Notes under the pieces: model-generated
Seen by the model: only the letters and a program-made list of their open reading frames with translations
Database searches by the model: none
What the model was told of the DNA's origin: nothing
Program-made: the position numbers and the translations under genes
Origin: Antedon mediterranea
Lineage: Eukaryota; Animalia; Echinodermata
Assembly (NCBI RefSeq): GCF_964355755.1
Contig: NC_092676.1
Span: forward strand, 93,588 to 157,587
DNA: 64,000 nt
Reading direction: 5' to 3'
In this document: positions 12,867 through 40,100 of the stretch, piece by piece
Numbering within the stretch: the first letter of the stretch is position 1
Layout: each line of letters opens with the position of its first letter

Positions 12867-12960
12867 GTCCTGCCAATCAATTGTATCATCTTTTCTTCAA
12901 TTAAATGTGGATTCTTCAATTAAATGTAGATAACTTTTTTACACAGGGATTTTTAAAAAA

Positions 12961-14231
12961 ATGGGGGCGTACAAGTATATGCAAGAATTGTGGCGCAAGA
13001 AACAGTGCGATGCTCTGCGGTTTCTGCTCAGGATTCGTTGTTGGCAACTTCGTCAACTCTCGGCCATTCACAGAGCTCCACGCCCCTTAAGACCTGACAA
13101 AGCTCGTCGTCTTGGATATCGTGCTAAACAAGGTATTTCAAGTGTCAATTGTTTGTATAGCTATCTCTGTATTTTGTTTATTAACTAATGAAACTTTAAT
13201 GTTTCATTACAACACAGGGTTTGTTATCTATCGTGTACGTGTACGCCGTGGGGGACGAAAGAGGCCAGTTCCAAAGGGAGCAACGTACGGAAAACCAACC
13301 AATATGGGAGTAAATGAACTTAAGTATCAGAGAAGTCTGCAGGCCACAGCTGAGGTAGGCATTATTCATTTAATGATAACTTATACTGAAACCTGTCAAA
13401 TACTTATCACCATACTTGAGTTTCAGTAGCTTGAAAACATTTTTACATGCGTATGTAAAAAAATCTCAATAAAGTACCACATTTGGATTATCATCACATT
13501 AGTAATTAATAATTTTAAATGTTGTATGTATGCATGTAAGAATGAATTGAGGGTAGAATGTTGAAAGAACAATATCAAAAATATTGATTTGATAATATAC
13601 TATATGTTAATATACTATATGTTAATATACTCTATGTTAATATACTCTGTTAATATACTCTATGTTAATATACTCTATGTTAATATACTATGTTAATATA
13701 CTCTGTTAATATACTCTGTTAATATACTCTATGTTAATATACTATATGTTAATATACTATATGTTAATATACTCTATGTTAATATACTATATGTTTTTCA
13801 GGATCGTGTTGGAAGACGATGTGGTGCTTTACGTGTCCTTAACAGTTATTGGGTTGCAAATGATTCAACTTACAAATACTATGAAGTTATTCTTGTTGAC
13901 CCACAACATAAAGCTATACGTCGTGATGCAGACACTCAATGGATATGTAACCCAGTCCACAAACACAGAGAATTACGTGGACTTACATCAGCAAGTAAGC
14001 ATTCAACATTATCCTAAAAACATTCTATTAATACTGCATCAAAATTATTAATTTGTAAGTCAAATAGCTACAATAAATATAATCATAATAGTTAACTTTA
14101 AATTATTTTACTTTACAGGTAAAAAGAGCCGTGGTCTTGGAAAAGGACATAAATACAAACAAACAGAGGGAGGATCACGTCGTGCTTCGTGGAAGCGTCG
14201 AAACACACTGCAAATGCGTCGTTATCGCTAA
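12961..14231 (+). CDS. RPL15: 60S ribosomal protein L15 (exons 12961-13132, 13218-13354, 13802-13994, 14119-14231)
   Basis: [15 protein letters not shown]...[41 protein letters not shown]...LRVLNSYWV...[12 protein letters not shown]...[11 protein letters not shown]. All introns GT-AG and in phase; AATAAA at ~14312. Confidence 0.98.
13595..13795. repeat. 15-17-bp minisatellite (gttaatatactctat) in an RPL15 intron
   Basis: About 12 copies ending immediately before the 3' splice site at 13801. Confidence 0.9.
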
Positions 14232-15431
14232 TCTTTGTGTATTTTTTTCTCTTGTTTACATGTGTATTTGGCTCAGAAAGAGTCTAAATGTCTCTTTCCT
14301 GAATTGAAACCAATAAAAATCATCAATTGAATTTGATTTTGTGATCTTTTGTTTTAGTGTAATTTGTAGTGAGAAATTGCTATTTTTGAATTAGAATATC
14401 AATTGTGAATAATTTATTTTTTTAGGAATACAATACTTGACTTATAAAATGTACTTAGAGGTTGAAATATATATCTCTGGTTCTTTACTGATCCTTTGTA
14501 TGGAGTATTACAAGGGCGTGTGTGTAATCCACATTTCTATCAGTTTACGATATGGTGACTGTGTGGTCACAATCGTCTGTTACCAACAAGGCCATATACA
14601 GTACATGGCTGCAGTCGCATGCGCAAATTTGAGTTAGTGTTTACCGATCGACCGACATAGTGAGCTGTAAAGTCGCGTTAGCACGCGACTAAAAACCCGA
14701 CGTATCTAGGCCGTATTGCAATCAATAACGTTGATTGTAATACGCCGTATTATAATAAACGTTGGGATTGCATTGTTACGCTCTGAGCTTGCGTTGGAAC
14801 GAGCTGACGAATTGTGAGCCGCCAATTGAATTGTTTTATGAACGTATAAACACAGGCCCTACTAATTACGTAAAGAGTGAGCTGATGGAGGTTTAATTAA
14901 ATGTAGGCCTACATGTAATAATACACCCTTTTGATCATCTGACATAGTAGTCTATAGAGTGGACCTTCTGTACACCTCCCTTGAAGCAGGGAGTAACTCT
15001 TCCCTGCTTGAAGTATATACATGAGTCACCAATTCAATGAACTCGAGTACCAATTCGTTAAAAGCGGAAATACCAATGATATTAAATAGGAACGTAATTT
15101 TTAAGTTTGTAATATTATAGATAACAATAGAAGCAGTTAAGCGTTCTACCCTGTCGTCGTCGTCCTGTAAAAATGCCATTATATTATTTCCGCATAACTC
15201 TTGTTCAACTTGATGCACTATAAATGTGAACGCCATTGAATACAGTGTTTGCCACAAGATTAGTGTTATAAATGTTGGATACTGAGCTTGATCTAAGTAA
15301 CATGAGAACGATTACATAATATCGGTGGTAAGCAACCTGGTAAATTCTTGTTTCAATTGTAACTTTAGCAAGTGAGTGATTGTTACGAAAGATTACCCGA
15401 CTACGAGCGGACTAACGCTACACAGATTAAA

Positions 15432-22002
<6,571 letters not shown>

Positions 22003-22636
22003 AATGTATAAAACAAGCAAATCGCATTGATTACCAAACTAACGGGTATTAAAAGAATGACTCGACAGTTATCGAATGGAGAGGCCATCTGAAATGTATA
22101 AAACAAGCAAATCGCATTGATTACCAAACTAACAGGTATAAACTACATTTGAAACTGCTGAAGTTTGTAATAGGATCGAAGTTAACTGATCTAAGAGAGA
22201 TCCGGAGAGAGATATTATTTCGCAGTTTATAAATCCGAAATCTAAATGAAAGAGAACTGAAACAGAATGGTTCACCGATGAGTGTACATTAAAAGTGTGT
22301 TTATATGATGTATTCAAGATTGTTCAATTGTTAGGACTGTCGGGCTAATAACATTAACATTAATAACTAATAACATTAACGAATGACTTTAATTGTAAAT
22401 ATCAAACTGTATCAAGACTATTTAATAATTAAGAAAACTTAATTGAGAAGTGTATTCGAATTATTACATTCCATAACGATTTTTTTTTACTTTTGTAAAA
22501 ATGTATTTTTATACCCAATAGGGTAATCCATCCAATTGGTTGTGTACTTAGGCATATTATTGTATTGACACCAATGAAATTAGGTTGTATACCCAATAGG
22601 CTAATCCATCGAGTTGGTTGTGTACTTAGGCATATT

Positions 22637-24285
22637 CAGGGCTCGATATTTCACTAGTCCGGCGTACAATGTCTAGTTAAAACTGCTCTGGGTTAGTCAA
22701 TCTTCCACCCAACAAGCCCGGGTGTCTAGTGTGTAAATAATTAGGCTAGAGAATATTTAGGCCTAGACTTTTAAAATGCATTATTAAAATACTCTAGCCA
22801 CTGGCCTAATTGTTTGTATCATTTTTATAGAGCGCCTTCGCAATCACGTTCCTCGTTAACGTTAACGAAGGAGAGCAACTAATCACGCTCCTTAAATCAG
22901 CGTGTCAAGTCACCAATAAGGGGATTCCCCTGTCTGCTTTCAAGTGCCAATTTACTTCCATTACACCTCACAGTGTATCCAGTGCGGTGTCAGATAAATG
23001 CCTCAACTAGTCTTTTAAGCAGTAACTTTCAGAACAAGTACCAACCAAATGGTTGCTTTTATTAAACAAATCAATTTTAATGTATAAAATATAGTTAATA
23101 AAAAAATAAATTTAATAGAAGTAGGCCTATTTTTATTAATTAGAGGAAGATGCTTCACTTCTGTCTTTGGAATTTTAATTAATTTTTTTCTCCGAAAAAA
23201 ATCAACCAATTTGGTTACCCAAATTTAGTGACAAAACATGTGCTCTAGTCTCACCATCCCAGCAGCAGCTGGTCTAGCTCTCTAGCAAGCATCGCGTGTG
23301 TGACCGCCGTATGTAAACACAGCCAAATACCCTTTCCTTAATTACATTTTTAAGATGTAATATTCAAATGATACTTAGTAACTTGTCATTAATATTTTGT
23401 TTGTATTACTTTGTGAAATACAGGTACTTAATTTTTGTTTTTAATTTCTAGGCCTAGTTCTAGGCCTAGCCCTATATTATTTACTAGTAGACAGGTTCCA
23501 TTTCTGAAAAAACAGCCTAGAAAACGAATCAAGAAGCATTTTTGGGTAGAAGCTGGGATCCACTTGATTGATGGCGGATCCCAAGCGAAATTCGGCCATC
23601 TAAGCCCTTAATTTCCATAATTAAAAATGGCGGCCATTTTTTATAATTACCCTATATCTCGAGAACCACTTGTCACAGATAATTAATTTTGGTGTCAAAA
23701 TGTTTTAAATATATGTTTTTATATTCACTTTAATGACACATTTTCTCAAAAAATGGATGCAAGTCTTATTTCTGGCATTTTGACCTTTGACCTTGATTTA
23801 TCGTATTTCAGTAACCAATAATCGGAGAGACACGAAATAGGGCTCAAATTGTTCAGAAACTATACATTCATATTTATTATAATGAAATATTTTTACAAAA
23901 AATGGCCGATTCTACAACTATTGACCTTTGAACTATTAGTCAAATATAATAATATAATAATAATATAACTTTGAAAATTGTGGTCTTATGAATTTTTTTT
24001 TCGTTTTAAATTGTTTAAAACATGTGTGTTTCTATCCAGTCTAATGGCACATTTTGTACAAGAATAGCCGATAGTATGGTTATTGACCTTTAAACTACAG
24101 CATAGGCCTACTGTATAAACTAACTAGAACTTACAGTAGTTTAGTTAGTTTTGATTCAGGTGTGCGGTATATACCCAGTAAGATTTAGTCAATAAGCGGA
24201 CTAGTGAAACATCCAGTGGGCTAGTGAAACTCACATTGAACAAGCCCAGTGGTCTAGCTAGTAAAATTTCAAAAATCGAGCCCTG
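22637..24285. mobile_element. Non-autonomous hAT-like element with 5-bp TSD (hAT5-like)
   Basis: TIRs CAGGGCTCGAT...ATCGAGCCCTG, subterminal CTAGT/ACTAG motifs, TSD ATATT defined by the neighbouring empty paralogous site at ~22550. Confidence 0.8.
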
Positions 24286-25327
24286 ATATTATTGTATTGA
24301 CACCAATGAAATTCAGGTAGCGTTATTATCTAAATGTTTTGTTTTAGGATAATCTAGGCCTAACTAACAGTAAGGCCATGTCTTCTTTTCTAGATTAACT
24401 CATGGTTCTCCAGTAGCCGTCCATTTGCCATGTGCATTAACATAATCATGGTAGTTCAGTATAGGCATAGGCCTACGGAGGTCACTGTATTAATTATATT
24501 ATCGTTATACAATCACACTTTCCTTTTATTTCTAATTATGGTATACTAACTAGGCCTACTACCAAGAGTAGTACGCGGTATACTACCCTGACTTTGTTGA
24601 ACTAATCTATCTAGGCTAGCTAATACAGGGCGTAAGCTCTAGTAGTAGCCTAAGTAGGCCTACAGCTATCATTAATGAATGTATTAACTATTCTTATTAA
24701 TTTGTCTTTTTTAAATTAAATTATTCAAGTAATATACGTAGTAATATAATCTAGAAGATATACTGTACATGAGAACAGGTAGCATAGAAGCAATTAGATT
24801 TTATTTTTAAGGGCCAGGTACTATCGCATATGCAGCTATCTATAGCCTAGCAAAAATGAGGCCAGGTAGCCTAGCGATAGGTATGCCGAGTAGGCCTAGG
24901 CCTACTATAGTTAGCTGTTGTTAGGCCTAGACTTATTAGGCCCGGTAGAATGAATCATACAACACACCATAAATATCAATCTACTAAATATTTTCTTTGG
25001 TTTGTAACTGTACTATATATTGTGTACTTACATAGGCCTACTCTTGTTTAAATTCAGGATTCTAAGTTGCAACAATTTAACTAAATCGGGCGCCATTTTT
25101 AAGAGGAGAGGAGAGAGGCTGCCACGCCTCATTCATGGCGCGTACATCACATATAGCGCGCGGCCTATATTGCAAGTTTCTTTAGTGGTGCCCGAGGAAT
25201 ATATTAATTTTATATTTTATACCGTCGAAATTATAGTTTGATTGGAGATTTTATGTTTGTTTGTGTATAATGTCTTTTTCTTTTTTTTAACTTGAAATAA
25301 AAAGGAATTTTCACGATTCTAATTTAA

Positions 25328-27782
25328 AGGGGGGTTCCGGGTTTAAAATGAATAGTAAAAAATGTAAAATATATTTGTTTGTCTCTTGAACGGTAAAAGT
25401 TTCAATTTATATAAGCGCCCAGTGAAGCAGAACGAAGGCTGTGAAATGAGGCCAGATTACAAGTGCAGCTACGGCAAAATCACACTGTGGTTACAGAATA
25501 GCAAATTCGTGAAATGGTCAATCTTCCGACGACTCGTTATCATTAACCATATCAATTACTTTTGTAAAATTATACTTATCTGATGTAATTTTAGTCGGTC
25601 TTCCCATTTATAAAGTCAATTTTCTATGAAAATCCATCAAAACAGTGAAAAATTAGATAAGTTTGCACTTTACGTTTGCCGATTTTCGCACTGACTTAGG
25701 GAAAGCCTTCAAAATCAATGAAGCGTAACGTATACATTCCTGCTGAGCGAGGAGAGCGAGACGACGATACACGTGCTCTCTCTGCCCATGCCTGGCATCG
25801 TCACGTGATAAGCAGATACAGTATACAATACCAAACTGGTCGGGTCGTATGGAACGCCGTTTACGCAACATTTCGATGATATGAATTTTATGACGCGATA
25901 TGTGAATGAAATGCATCGATATGAATTAAATGGTGCGATATATGAATGAAATGTTTTGAATTGAATGCTTTGAATTGAATATTTTGAATGAAATGTTTTG
26001 AATGAAATGTTTTGAATGAAATGTTTTGAATGAAATGTTTTGAATGAAATGTTTTAAATGAAATGTTTTGAATGAAATGTTTTGAATGAAATGTTTGAAT
26101 TGAATTGAAAAGTCAAAATATTGGTGGCGTATGTCATTCTCGCTCGCGATTATTTTCTCAACCTCTTAGGCCTAAGCCTGGGTACCCTCATCTCCTTTCT
26201 TCCACGCTGCCTAGCTTTACAGAGAATCCTAACAGACCTGGGTTCGGAAATATGTATTCAAATGTTTCAGGTCTGTTAGGGAGTCTCTGTAAAGGATTCA
26301 TATTGATGACAGCGTTGAAAGGAGATGTGAGGGTACCCATGCTTAGGCCTATTAAGAGGTTGAAAAAAAATTGCGAGCGGGAATGACATACGCCGCCAAT
26401 AGCTTGACTTTTCAATTCAATTCAAACTTTTCATTCAAAACATTTAATTCAAAACATTTCATTCAAAACATTTCATTCAAAACATTTTATTCAAAACATT
26501 CAATTCAAAACATTTCATTCAAAACATTTCATTCAAAACATTCAATTCAAAGCATTCAATTCAAAACATTTCATTCATATATCACGCCATTCAATTCATA
26601 TCGATGCATTTCATTCACATATCGCGTCATAAAATTCATATCATCGAAATGTTGCGTAAACGGCGTTCCATAGGGTCGAGTATACCCCGTCTATAATCAC
26701 AACATGAACGATGTACAGTATTTGATTGAAGGTCGACTCAACCTACCGGAATGGTATAGATAATATAGCTCGAATGAGAGAGTTGGAATATTTGTAAACA
26801 TAAGTACAGTATTGCTAATTTTAACAAGTGTAGCCTATAGTAAAAGGCCTGGTAGTATCAATTCGCATAGAGTCTACTACACTAGCTAGCTCAATTTTAA
26901 CTGGGCCGGATCGGCTAGGCTCTAGGCTAGGCCTCCTTCCTACTACCGCCCGGTCTACTTGCTTGATGCAGTATCCGCTTTTTTTGAGAGTAAACTAGGC
27001 CTACTTATTAGACGATCGGGACACCATACGTGCGGACGGCGATCGGACCTTGTTTTGCCTCAATATTTACAGCCGATTTTTGTAGAACGTTTTAGGTTTA
27101 GATTGTTTAGGAGTTTGGTTGATAGGATGGGTTTGGAATCCACTGAGTTTTGTTATTGATGGGCCAATCGTTTAGTAATAGGCTAGCTAGGCCCATGAAT
27201 GATGGCCCCAATCAATGTTTTAACGTAGCCATCGTGGCATGGAATCCCTAGTCAGAAATGGCTCTCACCCCGGCATGAATAAAATGATTTAGGCTAGGCC
27301 TAGCCTAGTACGTGAAGCCGATATACGATCTGTACTATTAATTCGAGGTATAAAAATAGTATAATTTATGACTCCGTAATCTGTACTAAATTTTGTATTT
27401 CATTAAATGTCAAATAAATATATGCTACTACTGTTATTATTACACTTTAGGCCTAGCTTAGCAAATCTACAAAAAATGTATTTAACAATGATCGGGTGGT
27501 CGTCGTTTGACAGAGGAGAGAGAACACAACGTACAAGCTTGACGTCGCGAGTTTGGAATCCACTGATGACGTGATTTTGTGAATATCTCATGAATATTAA
27601 TGAGCTTCCCTAAGCTGCTGAAAAACAGATTTTCCATGAATTTACCCTAAAATGTATATGAAATTTAATTTTTTTAATTTCTTGTTATTACTTCTTCATT
27701 CTGACATGTCTATATTGTTATAATATTTTTTATTTAATAAATAAACGATATTTAAAAGCAATTTTAAACCCAGAATCCCCCT
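25328..27782. mobile_element. Non-autonomous Kolobok-like element (TTAA TSD) containing a nested insertion
   Basis: TTAA|AGGGGGGTTCCGGGTTTAAAAT ... ATTTTAAACCCAGAATCCCCCT|TTAA. Confidence 0.75.
25848..26672. mobile_element. Palindromic MITE, IS3EU-like (TATGG ends, 6-bp TSD)
   Basis: GGGTCG|TATGGAACGCCGTTTACGCAAC ... GTTGCGTAAACGGCGTTCCATA|GGGTCG. Arms ~330 bp with internal (tttgaatgaaatgt)n microsatellite. Confidence 0.85.
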
Positions 27783-28526
27783 TTAACTATTTATTGAGTC
27801 ACCTTTTTATTTAGGATTTTGCTGTATTCTATATTATTTTAATTGTCAAGATGCACATATATCAAGTTACGTTGATGTTAAAGTAGTACCCGGGTACAAA
27901 CCTAATATATGTAGTATGCAATATACTAATTGTTCCTGTTATACTGTGAGATATATCTAGCACATGCTATTGTGGTCTCAGGATACATCATAGTCAATTG
28001 ACTATGGATACATGGACATTCGTTTTTGCGACACGCAACTTGGAACACAAAACAAAGTTAAAATTCAGCGTACGCTAAAAAATATTGAGCATGCGCAGAA
28101 TGACTGTGAAAGTTCGCTATTATATCAATACACTTAAGGTGTTAGGATGGTGTAAGATAAAATTAAGCTGTTGCTAACTACATACCTACATTGCCGAATA
28201 TATCCGGCCGGTCTTCTTTCATATGATATCTAGTTATACATAGTACAAATAATCATTTTAACAGGTGCCCTTATTCACGCAATTTGTATCGCCAACGTAC
28301 ATCAATCACTTTAATGACTTAATCAATCGTCAATATTATGTACGTAACGTACAACGTGTCCTCAATAGAATAATAATAAGTACTTTGTTATTGCGTGCGT
28401 ATAAGGCATTGCTATGCGTTTCACAATATCATATCTATTCAACTGAAAAGCCATAAAGCTACCGATAATAAATATGTACTTCATGAAAATAACAAGTTAA
28501 CAATTGAACTATTGTGATACAAAACA

Positions 28527-36479
<7,953 letters not shown>

Positions 36480-37103
36480 AATGGCGGAAACTGGAGAAGG
36501 AAGTGTACCATAATAATATATAAATGTAAGCATGGAATCCGTAGGTGGTTTACTAAACGTAACAAATGTCAACAACAAGTTATTGTTAATCTTAGTTATA
36601 TTGTACGTTCTTTAACAGTCGAATGATCTCGAAAGGAGTTTAGTGACGCCTTGTGCATTACGATTTATTATAATTATGAATGCATAGTTCTATAAGATGC
36701 TTACTCAACGTCAAAGCTGGCCAACACTACTCGTGCCGGACCTACTTCCTCATTTCAGTTTTGATTAAAGAATATTTTTTATATACTATAAAGTTTAAAA
36801 TTTCGTATAGATAACAGATAAACAACATTTGGATGTTTCTACTTTACAATTTTATAAATAGGTTAACACCTTCTCAACTATAATGTGTATAGCTTAGTGA
36901 AATATTTCTCATTAAATAAGTAATAGACAGGAACTATCAAGATGGATTTAATTAATTTCAATAATCGTGTGAGATAATGGTGTGAGATAAGGAATAAGTA
37001 CAAACAACACGTTATAAATTGTACCATGTGACAGGTTCTCATATACTAATGCAAGAAAAGTAGCATTCGTATCAAACTCAAGTGTGATGCAGCACCTTGT
37101 ACA

Positions 37104-40100
37104 ATGTATGTCAATTTAAGATTCGCATTGTTAGTTGCTTTAGTTAAATATGGTAGGTACAGCAGGGGTATAAATAAATATTTAAAAGGATCGCATCAGA
37201 TGAAATCTAAATTAATCTTATATTTCAATTTAGTATTACAGGGTAGGTCTGTCTATGGAGCAAGAGAACGTATATGCGTAGATGGAACGGTTATTGAATC
37301 AAAATACTGGTGCGACTTTGTTGACGATTGTCCGGATGGAAGTGACGAGATACAGTGTGGTAAGTATACAAATCTTAAAGTAAAATTTGGTCATTATCCT
37401 AAAAAATGTTAATTTGACTATGAAATGTTAGTTTTTGTAACGAATTATGTTTGCAGCTTCAACGTGTAATTTTGAGAATGGTATTTGCAACGGCTGGACA
37501 CAGGACGACGATGATGATTATGATTGGTTAATGTGTAAACGTTCAATGATCAACGATGTATGTTCTGGATGTAATCAAAATAGAACATCGCAGGATTGTC
37601 CTGGACCCAATAAGGACCATACACATAACTCACTTTACGGTAACAAGATTATGATAATGTCATCAACTATGTTACAAATTCTTTTAATTTTAATTTGTTG
37701 TTGTTGTTCTAATGTGTAGTAAGTCACTAATTAATTAAAATGTTGTTGATCATTTCAGGTAGTTATATGTATGTTAATGGCAGATCAACACCAGCACGGT
37801 TGTCGTCAAAAGCTAATTTTGTCAGTCCCATGTTTTCAAATCCTAGCCCTGGTTGCACATTTAGTTTATGGCTAAATATGTACGGAGCTGAGATTGGTAA
37901 CATTGAAATAAAGATTCGAAACATGTTATCATATAAAGACGCCTTCCTTACTAGAGCATCCGATAAGACAGTCGATACATATAAATGGATTTACGTCAAA
38001 ACAAATATACCAAATTGTGTTTCTAAATTCAAGGTACGATTTTGCTCGATCAATATAGGTTTTCCTATACTGTTTTTAATATCTTACGTTAATATAATCC
38101 ATGATTTTAAATGCTGATCACCATTATTATTATTATTATTTGTATAATTATTTAATAAAGATAGTAATCGAAGCAGACGACCGCTCGAAACGGATTTCAT
38201 TTGGGGGATTTGCTATTGATGATTTGAGATTTGACGATTGTGGAAATAAAAGGCACGACAAGTGCCTGCCAGATCAAATTAGATGCAAATCGGGACAATG
38301 TTATCACAGAGTATCTCATTGTGACTACTCTAACGATTGCTGTGATGGAACTGATGAACAAGAATGTGGTCAGTAGCAAAAGGCATACACATATTAATAT
38401 CAAGACATTTGAATAAATGTCTCTTTAGCTATAGTACTTCAAATATCATAGTCATTAATTGTTTGCTCTGGTATCATAAATGAATTAAATCGATGTTATA
38501 TTTTTCATCTTAGGTAATCACACAATGTGTGATTTTAAGCATATGTGCGTGTGGAAGCAGCTAACTAATGATAATGTTAACTGGAATCGTTAGTATACAA
38601 AACTACCTTTGTTTTTCATTTCATTGATTATCGTTCATAGCACTTTCTTTGGCTTCTATTTTGTACTTTCGTTATAATTAACATTCATTAATCATTCACA
38701 CTATAATTACATAGGTACCTATAACTTGAACGAACGGGTTAGGTATGTTTTAATGTTGGCTGAAAGCGGTACAGTTGGAGAGGTTGCTAGGCTGCAAAGT
38801 TTAACAATAATGGCGATGAATGCAACATGTTACGTACGTATAGTCTTTAGTTGGCTGTTGACATGTATTTGGAACAAATATGTTTTAAAGTAGTACCATT
38901 GCGATAAAGGATATTTTATATAAAGCTTACGATTTACATTTCATTGTTTTTGTAAAGCAGATGCGTTTTTCTTATTACTTAAATAACATGGAGGCTGGTG
39001 CTTTAAGTATATACATGCAATTTTCCACCAAAGGCAAATTAAACCTGTTGTGGTCAAAACAAGGGAATCAGAAAAAATGGTTTCAAGATGTCATAGCTTT
39101 GCGTAGCAAGTATCCCTTTAAGGTAATAGCTTTGAGTAGCAAGTATCCCTTTAAGGTAATAGCTTTGAGTAGCAAGTATCCCTTTAAGGTAATAGCTTTG
39201 AGTAGCAAGTATCCCTTTAAGGTAAGGCCGAAACACCTTTTAGAATCCTTTTGTTTAAATAATAATTAAACAGTTAGTTACTTAAAACAGTTATGTCTTA
39301 GCCCTTGTTTTCCCCATCCCCCACCCAAGGACAGAACAATTATTCTTGACCCTGATAGATCTAAATATAATTTTGAATAAGATAAAATATCCTTACCTTT
39401 CTATTCTGTTGTAACGAATGATCTCCGAATATTAACTAGCTTGTTATTGAGGGTGTTAAAGAGAAAGATTGTACACCATATGTTTCAAAAGTATCATTTA
39501 CACCAGAATGTAAGTTTTCTCACATCGATCTGCCATCTTTAAGTTTTTTTTAATTCATTTAGATTATAATATAAACTGTAATAAATGCATGAAAGCTTTA
39601 CATTTAAGTTTATCCATGATAATGTTTAATTCTACCCATTCAATATTTGTTTAGTTACGAAAATGAAAGGTTGCGATTTTGAAAAAGGTTTATGTGACTG
39701 GGTAACGAAAACGAACACAGATTCCTACAATTTTACACGAGTTAAAGCGTCAGAACTAAAAGCAGCAACTGTATTTGAAACTCGCCCCTCTATTGACCAC
39801 ACATTTGCATCATCCAATGGTTTGTGCTTAAATTACTTTTTCATTTGCCGCTTTTAACAACATTTACCAAATAGTATGAGTAACGAGAGTCAAATTGATT
39901 TGTTTCCATTAAATGTTTCTGCTCTAAAACAATGTGTATGTAAAAACCATTACATAATTGTTCTATAATGACGAGGAGTAATTAATTAAAAACAGGTACA
40001 GCATACCTTTTGTGCATCTCAGCAACTAACTGTGTACCATGTTCTTATACGAACAGGTCACTACTTGCACGTGGCTGACGGAGTGTGTTTGAATGGTGAT

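Noticed and set aside
13373-13500. Hairpins plus ANANNA/ACA motifs in an RPL15 intron (possible H/ACA snoRNA)
   Set aside because: The second hairpin and box spacing do not fit the hairpin-hinge-hairpin-tail model convincingly by eye.
14952-15257. 101-aa minus-strand ORF
   Set aside because: Non-ATG start, no recognisable domain or splice support.
39110-39220. GTATCCCTTT in the 33-bp repeat resembling a U12 donor
   Set aside because: It deviates from GTATCCTT and is coding (KYPF); the adjacent GT donors give the right phase.
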